Shown here: positions 18,276 through 26,469 of the stretch, piece by piece
Position numbering within the stretch: the first letter of the stretch is position 1
Layout of the letters: the number at the start of each line of letters is the position of its first letter
Assembly: GCA_045638465.1 (NCBI GenBank)
Contig: JAZUBK010000056.1
Span: 1-51,802 of the forward strand
Direction: 5' to 3'
DNA: 51,802 nucleotides
Source: Clostridia bacterium
Lineage (GTDB): Bacteria > Bacillota > Clostridia > Christensenellales > UBA1242
Translations under genes and position numbers: made by a program
The notes under the pieces: generated by a model
Seen by the model: only the letters and a program-made list of their open reading frames with translations
Told to the model about the DNA's origin: nothing
Databases searched by the model: none

Positions 18276-18985
18276 AATGATACTCCAAAAAATTTAACTA
18301 TTCCGCAAAGAATAGCATAACAAAATTTATCTTGATAGGACTTTTGCTGAAGCAAAAGTTCTTCTTTTTTATTACTCACAAACCCACACTCTACAAGGAC
18401 AGCGGGTTTGCTTGTTGCATTTAGTATGTAATAATCTCCCGATGAGGCTTTTTTCGTTGTATTGCCAAGAGATAGTCGTATCTGCTCTTGCAAAGACTCA
18501 GCCAAAAATTGTCCTGTTTTGTTTCCTTTGTCATAAAAAACTTGGCTACCACTACTGCTTTCCAAGACATAACTATTCATATGAATTGATATAACCATAT
18601 CGCAATTACTATCTTCGATTATTTCTTTACGTTTTTTCATATCACTCTTTTTTAGATTAGGCGCTCCCTCATCATATAATCCACCACTACCCATTCTAGT
18701 CATCACCACACAAAAACCATATTCGACAAGTTGCCTTTTGAGATTTTGGGCGTAAACTAAGTTTAATTCACTCTCAACAACCTTTGTGTACTTTCCTACA
18801 CAACCGCCGTCTACCCCACCGTGTCCTGCATCTATCACAATAATTGGCATGTCTTTTGGCACAGAAACGAATTCTGTTTTACTACTATATACAAACGCAC
18901 TTATCACAAACACAAAACTCAATACTGAAATAATAGTTTTTGCATTAATTGTTGTTATTAATATTTTTTTACGCTTTCTTTTCAT
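18272..18985 (-). CDS. cwlD: N-acetylmuramoyl-L-alanine amidase, CwlD-like (Amidase_3)
   Basis: An N-terminal TM helix is followed by VIDAGHGGVDGGCVG...ISIHMNS...VLVECGFVSN. Size and architecture match the germination amidase CwlD. Confidence 0.7.
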   Translation of the reverse strand: MKRKRKKILITTINAKTIISVLSFVFVISAFVYSSKTEFVSVPKDMPIIVIDAGHGGVDGGCVGKYTKVVESELNLVYAQNLKRQLVEYGFCVVMTRMGSGGLYDEGAPNLKKSDMKKRKEIIEDSNCDMVISIHMNSYVLESSSGSQVFYDKGNKTGQFLAESLQEQIRLSLGNTTKKASSGDYYILNATSKPAVLVECGFVSNKKEELLLQQKSYQDKFCYAILCGIVKFFGVSF

Positions 18986-19062
18986 TGTTAATACTTATTA
19001 AAAAAAATCAAATATTATACCTTGTTTATGTTTTCTATAGCGATATTGATTACTTACCATAA

Positions 19063-19091
19063 TTGACTTAGCTATCAAAACATGATAAAAT
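19063..19091 (+). promoter_or_regulatory. Sigma-A promoter (TTGACT-17-TAAAAT)
   Basis: TTGACT is at 19063-19068 and TAAAAT at 19086-19091. A GAAGGGG RBS follows, then ATG 19116. Confidence 0.6.
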
Positions 19092-19115
19092 GTAAGTATT
19101 GAAGGGGTGAATTTT

Positions 19116-19994
19116 ATGATTCAAAATAGAATTTTAGGCGTTAACCCAAAAAACGCATATAACTTTATGAGATTTTTGGAAAAAACAGGTTATCCTGATT
19201 ATAGCGTATTACCAAAGTACAAACTTGCAAATTTATTTTTGGAATATCAAGAAGAATACCATAAAGCAAACTACTCAAAGGCGAAAGTTGGCGATTTTAC
19301 TTTGTCAGAAAGAGAAATGAATGAGCCGTTTACAATGTGTGCAGCAGCATCTATGGCAGAAACTGCAGAGGCAGACCATGATATCGAGGCTATGCACTGT
19401 ATCGGAGAGGCTATACAAGTAGCAGTAGCAGGAGGAGCTAACGTATATAGAGCCATTGCTCTTGCTATAAGATGTAAAGAAAAATTAGAGTATGAAGAAG
19501 AAATAAACGAAGATGAAGAGATTATCGACGATATCGAAAGGGTATTTAACTGCGGAAGTTCTGAAGGCAGACTAAGACAGTGTGAACCATTTTCTCCATA
19601 CCACGACCTTATGGGGCTTTTGACAGACCTAGCAAAAGGTAGAGAGGCACAAAGACAAGCTTTGGCAAATCCTAAAAAGTACGACTCTAGATACGAAGCT
19701 CATATAGCCGAAAACAATATTCAAGAACTACTAGACCAAAAACAAGCTGAAATCAAAGCAAAAATTGCAGCTTTTGAAGCCGCAAAACTAAAAGATATAA
19801 TCAAAGGCAGACAAGAGATGCTAGTAGAAGAGCAAAAGTACGAAAAAGAACAAACATTTACAGACGAAAAATTCCTAGCTCAAAACAACCTTGAAATACA
19901 AGGCACCTCAATTTGTCTTGAAATGTTAGAAGGTATGGGATTAGAACTACTAAGCGATCAAACACAAGACGACGTAGAAGACCTATTAGACTAA
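19116..19994 (+). CDS. Hypothetical acidic protein (292 aa) with a C-terminal coiled-coil-like region
   Basis: This is a complete ORF. The start was moved from GTG 19107 to ATG 19116, which is 8 nt after GGGG. The gene has its own promoter and terminator. No family was recognised. Confidence 0.6.
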   Translation: MIQNRILGVNPKNAYNFMRFLEKTGYPDYSVLPKYKLANLFLEYQEEYHKANYSKAKVGDFTLSEREMNEPFTMCAAASMAETAEADHDIEAMHCIGEAIQVAVAGGANVYRAIALAIRCKEKLEYEEEINEDEEIIDDIERVFNCGSSEGRLRQCEPFSPYHDLMGLLTDLAKGREAQRQALANPKKYDSRYEAHIAENNIQELLDQKQAEIKAKIAAFEAAKLKDIIKGRQEMLVEEQKYEKEQTFTDEKFLAQNNLEIQGTSICLEMLEGMGLELLSDQTQDDVEDLLD

Positions 19995-20001
19995 CAAAAA
20001 A

Positions 20002-20028
20002 ACATCTCAAAAATGAGATGTTTTTTTA
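20002..20028 (+). terminator. Rho-independent terminator
   Basis: The stem ACATCTCA/TGAGATGT has a 4-nt loop and is followed by a T7 run. Confidence 0.85.
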
Positions 20029-20227
20029 TTGCAAAAGTTATCAAAAAAATCATTATCTTACACCCCCAAATCTCCTCTCAATTTTAAGAGCGAAACAGCC
20101 GTTTTAATGCAGGTTTTCCCCTCAGGCAAATACACAATCACCAAGACCCAAAACACGTCAAAAATCGCAAATTTGAGCCCCTAAAAAGCCCCTTTATCTC
20201 TTTATTTATAATAAAAAAGGTTTTTAG

Positions 20228-20384
20228 TTATCCACAATAGTTTTTTGGGGATAACTGCAAAAATTTATAATATTTTTTCTAAAAAAGTTGAAAAAACGCT
20301 TGACAAAGGCAGATTTACCCACTTATCCACCGAGTTATCCACACTTTTCCACAAAAAAGAGGGGGTTTTCCACACTTATACACA
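20228..20384. promoter_or_regulatory. DnaA-box cluster 1 (7 boxes with at most 1 mismatch to TTATCCACA in 157 bp)
   Basis: Two boxes are perfect: TTATCCACA at 20228-20236 and 20335-20343. Five have one mismatch: 20246-20254 (minus strand, TTATCCCCA), 20323-20331 (TTATCCACC), 20345-20353 and 20366-20374 (TTTTCCACA), and 20376-20384 (TTATACACA). AT-rich tracts lie at 20200-20227 and 20258-20290. Confidence 0.75.
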
Positions 20385-20438
20385 TTTTTGTGTGTAAAAC
20401 TTTTGTGTGAAACACTAAAAGAATCACTTTTGTTTCAC

Positions 20439-20474
20439 AAAAAAAGCAGGTAGTAATTTTACCTGCTTTTTTTA
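20439..20474. terminator. Bidirectional Rho-independent terminator (serves tsaD)
   Basis: The stem AGCAGGTA/TACCTGCT (20445-20452 and 20460-20467) is flanked by A7 and T7 runs. Confidence 0.8.
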
Positions 20475-20554
20475 TAACTATTTTGTTTATTTTACTATCA
20501 TTTATTTTTCTCAAAAATATGCTAAATAGAGGTTTAAAAACCTACTTTAAAAAC

Positions 20555-21613
20555 CTATATTTTAAGACTAGGACTTGCGCTCAAAGACATATCACTTATG
20601 CCATTACCATTTATTAAATTGTAATAGCCAAGACACGCAATCATTGCTGCATTATCAGTACAAAGAACAATCGGTGGAATATTTACTTTTATGTTATTTT
20701 TTTCGCCCTCTTTAGTTATTTTATCTCTTAGATAACTGTTTGCAGCGACACCACCCGCCACGCATATTCTATCCATTTTATATTCTTTAGCAGCTCTTAT
20801 TACCCTATCTACAAGACCATCTACCGCTTCTGATTGGAAAGACGCACAAACATCGGCTTTATTTATCTCTTCGCCGTTTTGCTCATATTTATGTACATAA
20901 TTTATAACCGCAGTTTTAAGGCCACTATAACTTATATTATACGTATTTTTTAAAGTATCTACTTTTACAAAATCAATACTTTTATTTCCCTCTTTAGCAA
21001 GTTTATCTATCTTTGGACCGCCAGGATATTCAAGGCCAAGGACTCTAGCAACTTTGTCATAAGCCTCACCAATAGCGTCATCTAAGGTTGAACCAATAAA
21101 AGTTTGTTCCATATAATTATCTACTCTTACAATGGCGGTATGGCCACCACTAACAATAAGTCCTATAAAAGGCGGTTGTAAATCTTTATCTGTAATATAG
21201 TTGGCAGCCATATGCCCTTTGATATGATTTACTGCAACTAGTGGAATATTTAGACTATAAGCCAAAGACTTAGCATAAGCAACACCCACCATAAGGGCGC
21301 CAATCAACCCTGCACCGTACGTTACGGCGATAGCATCTATTTGTTCAAGTTCTAGTTTTGCCTCACTTAGAGCCTCTTTTAAGACGTTATCTATGGCTTC
21401 TATGTGGTTTCTTGAAGCAACCTCAGGAACTACCCCGCCAAATCTTCTATGGATTTCTATTTGACTTGAGATAACATTACACAAAACTTCTCTGCCATTT
21501 TTTAATATAGCAACAGATGTCTCGTCGCAACTGCTTTCTATTCCCAAGACGTAAATATCTTGTTTGTCTTTTAAGCTATTTAGTTTTTCATTTACTTTTT
21601 CTGCGTATGTCAT
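20555..21613 (-). CDS. tsaD: tRNA N6-adenosine threonylcarbamoyltransferase TsaD
   Basis: The motifs are [28 protein letters not shown] and [13 protein letters not shown]. The start was moved to ATG 21613 (AAGGTG upstream). The track's upstream extension is hydrophobic junk that overlaps the promoter region. Confidence 0.9.
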   Translation of the reverse strand: MTYAEKVNEKLNSLKDKQDIYVLGIESSCDETSVAILKNGREVLCNVISSQIEIHRRFGGVVPEVASRNHIEAIDNVLKEALSEAKLELEQIDAIAVTYGAGLIGALMVGVAYAKSLAYSLNIPLVAVNHIKGHMAANYITDKDLQPPFIGLIVSGGHTAIVRVDNYMEQTFIGSTLDDAIGEAYDKVARVLGLEYPGGPKIDKLAKEGNKSIDFVKVDTLKNTYNISYSGLKTAVINYVHKYEQNGEEINKADVCASFQSEAVDGLVDRVIRAAKEYKMDRICVAGGVAANSYLRDKITKEGEKNNIKVNIPPIVLCTDNAAMIACLGYYNLINGNGISDMSLSASPSLKI

Positions 21614-21688
21614 TTTTTTCACCTTCTTTAGTATAACACCAATTATTCTTTGTTGCAAATACAAATAACACCAAAAAACTCTCAAATA

Positions 21689-21717
21689 TTGACTTACTTG
21701 CAGTTTTAGGGTACAAT
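21689..21717 (+). promoter_or_regulatory. Sigma-A promoter (TTGACT-17-TACAAT) of orphan paralog 1
   Basis: TTGACT is at 21689-21694 and TACAAT at 21712-21717. The core and leader are near-identical to 22916-22965. Confidence 0.65.
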
Positions 21718-21746
21718 TATAATAACAAACCTAGGGGGTATTACAT

Positions 21747-22838
21747 ATGAAAATTACAGATCAAATGTTTTTAGCCTATCGCACATATATGATTTGCAAG
21801 GCAATTGAAGATGATATGGCAAGACACCCAAACCAAAAAGGAATAACATATATGGTGCGTAGCGGTTCTTCTAGCGAGGTTGGATCTTTTTATGATTTAC
21901 AAAAAGAAAAAGAAAAGGCAGTAACCACAGCTCAAAAGGCGGCCGTATACAAAAACGCAAAAGAGATATTGGGAACAGAAGGTTCTTTCTACAAAGGTTC
22001 TGAACACACAAATAACAATCTTATTCCTGGAGAAAATATAATTTTCGCCTTTGGAGCGACTGGCGCAGAAAAAATTATGGCATCATTACTTTCTATTGAT
22101 GACGTACATAAATACACAGAAAAAGAAGCCGCAAAAGACGATTATACATACGAAACAATGATATTTGCAGTTCCTAGCAGTGTCGCTAAAAAATATAAAT
22201 ATTCAGGCACTTACGGAAAAGTGTGGGGCGATTATCAATTTGTAGAATATCACATGCCTTCTGCAGAGTTTGAACATATAGAATTTTTGAAAGATTCAGT
22301 TGTTCCTGACCTAAGCACTTGGGCAGACAACTACCACAAAACAAGAGACCTAGATGAACTCATCGAAATACAAAGTCGCTCTTCATCGGTTACAAGTCAA
22401 GATCCACTTAGTTTTGAAAAGTTCAAAAACGTTTTAGAAAACGACCCAAACTTTGGTACTTTTCTTGCCATGGCAGAAGATTTATTTGAAACATATTATG
22501 CTGATGTAAAAGAGCAAGACGAAGATGATATGTCTTATGATGGAGAAAATGAAGAGGACGACGACAAAGAAGAAGATGAATTTAGCAAATTTTCAGAATG
22601 GGAATCAGATGAAGCATTTAACGACAGAGAACTGAGAGAAGTTGTAAATGATATTTTACACAATAAATATTACACCCCAGCACAAAAAAGAGAACTTTTA
22701 GAGGGATATGCAGACATCTTCAATGCACATGCTAGAGTTTCAGAACTTGCAAAAGCACAAGGTTTTACATATGTTCCACCTACTCCAGCAAAACCTGAAG
22801 AAAGCAAAAAGCCTCAAGAACCTGAGCTTTGCCAATAA
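21747..22838 (+). CDS. Hypothetical acidic protein, orphan paralog 1 (363 aa)
   Basis: This is a complete ORF with an AGGGGG RBS, its own promoter and its own terminator. It contains a poly-acidic block, EQDEDDMSYDGENEEDDDKEEDEF. Distant collinear similarity to the next gene is visible by eye. Confidence 0.65.
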   Translation: MKITDQMFLAYRTYMICKAIEDDMARHPNQKGITYMVRSGSSSEVGSFYDLQKEKEKAVTTAQKAAVYKNAKEILGTEGSFYKGSEHTNNNLIPGENIIFAFGATGAEKIMASLLSIDDVHKYTEKEAAKDDYTYETMIFAVPSSVAKKYKYSGTYGKVWGDYQFVEYHMPSAEFEHIEFLKDSVVPDLSTWADNYHKTRDLDELIEIQSRSSSVTSQDPLSFEKFKNVLENDPNFGTFLAMAEDLFETYYADVKEQDEDDMSYDGENEEDDDKEEDEFSKFSEWESDEAFNDRELREVVNDILHNKYYTPAQKRELLEGYADIFNAHARVSELAKAQGFTYVPPTPAKPEESKKPQEPELCQ

Positions 22839-22845
22839 AATATTA

Positions 22846-22877
22846 AAAAGACCTTAATAATATTAGGGTCTTTTTTT
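22846..22877 (+). terminator. Rho-independent terminator
   Basis: The stem AGACCTTAATA/TATTAGGGTCT is followed by a T7 run. Confidence 0.8.
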
Positions 22878-22915
22878 ATAAATCATTTATCTATACATGA
22901 AAAAGGCCACCTATA

Positions 22916-22944
22916 TTGACAAAACCACGGTTTTGCGGTACAAT
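22916..22944 (+). promoter_or_regulatory. Sigma-A promoter (TTGACA-17-TACAAT) of orphan paralog 2
   Basis: TTGACA is at 22916-22921 and TACAAT at 22939-22944. The TTG that the ORF track uses as a start codon is the -35 box. Confidence 0.65.
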
Positions 22945-22975
22945 TATACTAATAAACCTAGGGGGGATATTTATT

Positions 22976-24130
22976 ATGACACAAGAACAAGAAAGACTTT
23001 TAATAAGAAAATATGCAACAGCTTTTCTTACTAGTCAAATAATCCATGCTTATAATGAATTTGCACAAACACACCCAGACTGCATACCTGCAATGAGGCT
23101 TGAAGATGCTGAGGGAACTTCAAAGCGCCTTGATGAACAATCAAGATGGCAAACAGTAAAATACTTAGACAAAAAATCTCAAGCAACCTTCAAAAGAACT
23201 ATTGGTAAAGACGGTAGCGAATATATAAATTGCAGCCACAACCACCCTGTTCAAGCAGGTCAAAAATACATCTACTTGTTCCCTATGCTTTCAAACGAAC
23301 AAATGGCAACAAGTATTGACTGTATAAGAGATCAAAAATTTAGAGATCCATCAACCACAGGCAAAGATTATTACCTATCTTTGTATTTTGTAAATAAATC
23401 TGTAAAAGCAAGAGCACAAGACCCTACAAGTGGCTGTCTATCTCACTTTGGTAACGGCGACTACGATTTGGACGGAAACCCTAAAAATGGGCTAAGCGAA
23501 ATTGCTCTACACTGCGAAGATTACGACCCAGACAACTTTGTATCACAAACTAGATTTATCGACCCATACATTGGTTTACAATTATTAATTGATGGCGACC
23601 TTACTTTAAAAAATCTAGCCCACGCAAGAGAAATGGTTTGCGCTAAATTAGAGGAATATTCTCAAAGTTCAGACCCAAAACAAAAAGGAATGTATGAACA
23701 ATACCTAGAGTTAAGAGATTTCTGCGATTACGTAGCCAAAGCCGAAAATCTTGATATTTTGCCAAGGGAAGACAAGGGTAATAAAACCTATGATGAAGAT
23801 TACGAAGATGAATACGATGCCTACGGCAACAAAAAACCATCTCGTGCACAAAATCCTCGCTATACAGCAGATGCTAATGTTCGTGAAGTAATCGAAATAA
23901 TCGATAGCTTGATTGCAAATAATAGCAGTAACGAAGAAATTAACGCTTGTCTTAAAGCTTATCAAGATGCAAAAATCTTTGACTCAGCAACAATTTCTGC
24001 AGCAGCTAAACTTTGTTCATATGATGTAAATAAAAAAGCAGAACCAAAAAGATACGTTCCAGATCCTCATGCTCCAGAAGTTTTTGAAATGGCTGAGATC
24101 GAAACAAAAACAAATGATCACGTACAATAA
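22976..24130 (+). CDS. Hypothetical acidic protein, orphan paralog 2 (384 aa)
   Basis: The start is ATG 22976, after an AGGGGGG RBS. The acidic block is YDEDYEDEYDAYGN. The protein is collinear with paralog 1: both have an HP(N/D) N-terminal helix, a G..GS.Y..H...G..I..F....E.MA.S block, a REV...I block, and YVP.P.A.PE near the C-terminus. Confidence 0.65.
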   Translation: MTQEQERLLIRKYATAFLTSQIIHAYNEFAQTHPDCIPAMRLEDAEGTSKRLDEQSRWQTVKYLDKKSQATFKRTIGKDGSEYINCSHNHPVQAGQKYIYLFPMLSNEQMATSIDCIRDQKFRDPSTTGKDYYLSLYFVNKSVKARAQDPTSGCLSHFGNGDYDLDGNPKNGLSEIALHCEDYDPDNFVSQTRFIDPYIGLQLLIDGDLTLKNLAHAREMVCAKLEEYSQSSDPKQKGMYEQYLELRDFCDYVAKAENLDILPREDKGNKTYDEDYEDEYDAYGNKKPSRAQNPRYTADANVREVIEIIDSLIANNSSNEEINACLKAYQDAKIFDSATISAAAKLCSYDVNKKAEPKRYVPDPHAPEVFEMAEIETKTNDHVQ

Positions 24131-24138
24131 TAAATAAA

Positions 24139-24175
24139 CAAAAAAAACAATGGGTTTATGCCATTGTTTTTTTTA
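24139..24175. terminator. Bidirectional terminator shared by convergent paralog 2 and the dCMP deaminase gene
   Basis: The stem ACAATGG/CCATTGT (24147-24153 and 24161-24167) is flanked by A9 and T8 runs. Confidence 0.8.
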
Positions 24176-24189
24176 CTTTTTTATGGTGA

Positions 24190-24678
24190 TTATTCTTTGA
24201 TTATATCTTCAAACTTTTCTAATTTTACTCCAGCCTCTGCAAGAAGTTCTAGCGAAAATTCATCTGGGTATGGATTTAGATATACAATTCTTCTAATACC
24301 TGCACTAATTAAAAGTCTAGAACATGTAGCGCAAGGTTGATGTGTTACATAGCAAGTAGCACCTTCTGTGTTAAGACCTAGCTTTGCCGCTTGAACGATT
24401 GCATTTTGTTCTGCATGTATAGAATAGCAAGTTTCAGCTCTAGTACCACTTTCGACGCCAAGTTTGATTCTCAAACATTCGCCACGCTCTACGCAGTTTT
24501 TTACTCCAGCAGGTGCGCCATTATATCCTACAGTCAAGATGCGGTTTTTCTTAACTAGCACTGCTCCTACATTTCTATTATCTTTGTAGCAGGTACTCCA
24601 GCTGCTAACTAGACTAGCTAGTTCCATATATCTTTTATCCCATTTGATCATATCTTGTTTTGACATTTTAATTTCCAT
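24190..24678 (-). CDS. comEB: Deoxycytidylate (dCMP) deaminase, ComEB-type
   Basis: The zinc-binding motifs are HAEQNA and PCATCSRLL. The protein is 162 aa, and AGGAG lies 8 nt upstream of the ATG. Confidence 0.85.
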   Translation of the reverse strand: MEIKMSKQDMIKWDKRYMELASLVSSWSTCYKDNRNVGAVLVKKNRILTVGYNGAPAGVKNCVERGECLRIKLGVESGTRAETCYSIHAEQNAIVQAAKLGLNTEGATCYVTHQPCATCSRLLISAGIRRIVYLNPYPDEFSLELLAEAGVKLEKFEDIIKE

Positions 24679-24763
24679 AAAGTTTTTCTCCTAATAATAT
24701 AATAACATTTACAATATGTTTTTTACAAATACTTTTACCAAAATATATGAAAACACATTTAAA

Positions 24764-24797
24764 TAAAAAAGACTGCCATATTTTAGCAGTCTTTTAT
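24764..24797. terminator. Bidirectional terminator after hydA
   Basis: The stem AAGACTGC/GCAGTCTT (24769-24776 and 24786-24793) has a 9-nt loop and A- and T-runs on each side. Confidence 0.8.
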
Positions 24798-24800
24798 TTA

Positions 24801-26465
24801 TTAATCTTTATGCACGTGAAGAAGTTTGTGTGCAAGTTTATGGTCATTTTTCAAGATATCTTTGTAGATATGTTTTACAACTGGGCTTGTGTCACTTGTA
24901 CGAAGTTCCATAGTTTTGTCTGCATCATAAAGTGATTTTCCACGAGTTTTATATACAGTTTCTCTGCATACTTTGTCATAGTCTACAAATGGTTGTCCAC
25001 CACCATTTACACAACCGCCAGGACAAGCCATAACCTCTACAAAGTGATATGTCTTCTTGCCAGATCTGATATCTTCAAGCAATCTCTCTGCGTTCTTTAG
25101 GCCGTGAACAACTGCAATATTTAATGTCAAATCTCCAGCTGTAACAGAAGCTTCTTTTATACCGTCATTATCTCTAACTTCAGTATAGTCAACTTTTGTT
25201 TCACCAGTGATTTTTGTGATAGCATAACGAAGTGCTGCTTCCATAACACCGCCAGTCGCACCAAAGATAAGACCGCCACCAGTATAATCGCCAAATGGCT
25301 CATCAAATTTTCCATCTTCAAGATATGGGAAGTCGATGTTTGATTCTTTGATCATAGAAACAAGTTCTCTAGTTGTAAGCGATACATCTACTTCGCCAAA
25401 CTTTTTGATTTCTCTTTTCTTTGCAGTACAAGGCATAATAGATACAACTTTAGTATCTTTTTGAGTATATTTAACCAAACTACCCATCATCTCGTTAGGA
25501 GATTTGCAAGTACTTAGATTTTCTACTAGGTCTGGGTGGTTTTTCTCGATATAGTTATACCAAGCTGGGCAGCAGCTAGTAAACATAGGAAGTTTGCCAC
25601 CTTTTGTAACTCTTTCGATAAGTTCGTTGCCTTCTTCGATGATAGTAAGGTCTGCACCTACGTTAACATCATATACAGCATCAAAACCAATTCTGCGAAG
25701 AGCAGTAATCATTTTGCCTTCGCTCCATGTGCCTAATGTATTATCCCACTCTTCGCCGATTGCTACTCTAACTGCAGGAGCTACTTGAGCGATAACTTTA
25801 ACGTTTGGATCTGCGATTAATTTACGAGCATCTCTTATGTTGTTTTGTTGAGTAAGTGCACCTGTTGGGCATACTAGTACGCATTGACCACAACCGATAC
25901 AAGAAGAGTTTTCAAGGCACTCTTCAAAAGCACAACCAATTTGAGTATTAAAACCACGATTGATTTTGCCGATTGCTTCGCAACCTTGGATAGCAGAGCA
26001 AACTGCAGAGCATTTACCACAAAGGATACATTTACTAGCATCTCTTACAATAGCGCCGTTTGAATGGTCTTCGGCAGCTTCAATTTGCTTTCCTGCGTAT
26101 TTATCTTCATCGCAACCAAATGTTGCGCTTAGTTTTTGAAGGGTACATTTTGTATTCTTTGCACAACTTAAACATTTTTTGTTATGGTTGCTAAGCAAAA
26201 GTTCTACAGCAGTTCTTCTTGCTTTTTGTACTCTTTCGCTATTGGTTGAGATAACCATGCCTTCTCTTACTTTTGTAGTACAAGAAGTTACTGGGTTTTT
26301 CATACCTTCTACATCAACTACGCAAACTCTACAACTAGCTACTTCGTTGATTTCTTTTAGGTAGCAAAGTGTTGGAATATCAATATGATTTCTTCTTGCT
26401 ACTTCTAGTATTGTTTCGCCATTTTCGGCGGTAACTGTCATATTATCAATTTTTATTTCAAACAT
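24801..26465 (-). CDS. hydA: [FeFe] hydrogenase catalytic subunit HydA (group A3-like)
   Basis: An N-terminal 2Fe-2S ferredoxin-like fold is followed by two CxxCxxCxxxCP ferredoxin motifs. The H-cluster motifs are TSCCPAW, MPCTAKKRE and EVMACPGGCVNGGGQP. Confidence 0.92.
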   Translation of the reverse strand: MFEIKIDNMTVTAENGETILEVARRNHIDIPTLCYLKEINEVASCRVCVVDVEGMKNPVTSCTTKVREGMVISTNSERVQKARRTAVELLLSNHNKKCLSCAKNTKCTLQKLSATFGCDEDKYAGKQIEAAEDHSNGAIVRDASKCILCGKCSAVCSAIQGCEAIGKINRGFNTQIGCAFEECLENSSCIGCGQCVLVCPTGALTQQNNIRDARKLIADPNVKVIAQVAPAVRVAIGEEWDNTLGTWSEGKMITALRRIGFDAVYDVNVGADLTIIEEGNELIERVTKGGKLPMFTSCCPAWYNYIEKNHPDLVENLSTCKSPNEMMGSLVKYTQKDTKVVSIMPCTAKKREIKKFGEVDVSLTTRELVSMIKESNIDFPYLEDGKFDEPFGDYTGGGLIFGATGGVMEAALRYAITKITGETKVDYTEVRDNDGIKEASVTAGDLTLNIAVVHGLKNAERLLEDIRSGKKTYHFVEVMACPGGCVNGGGQPFVDYDKVCRETVYKTRGKSLYDADKTMELRTSDTSPVVKHIYKDILKNDHKLAHKLLHVHKD

Positions 26466-26469
26466 ATCT

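Noticed and set aside
20228-20384. Calling either DnaA-box cluster (20228-20384 or 36591-36841) the chromosomal origin, oriC.
   Set aside because: No dnaA, dnaN or rpmH is nearby. There is no switch of gene orientation across either site, and I could read no clear DnaA-trio array. They are kept as DnaA-box clusters of unknown role pending GC-skew and coverage analysis.
22916-22975. N-terminal extensions proposed by the ORF track: 22916 TTG, 21685 for tsaD, 48100 for spoIIE, 49898 for the lipoprotein, 49884 for GNAT-ASCH, 42835 for the acyltransferase, 19107 GTG and 15293 GTG.
   Set aside because: The upstream codons overlap promoter boxes (the TTG at 22916 is a -35 TTGACA; the GTG at 15293 lies in TGcTATAAT) or encode implausible peptides. 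Internal ATGs have proper SDs or signal peptides.
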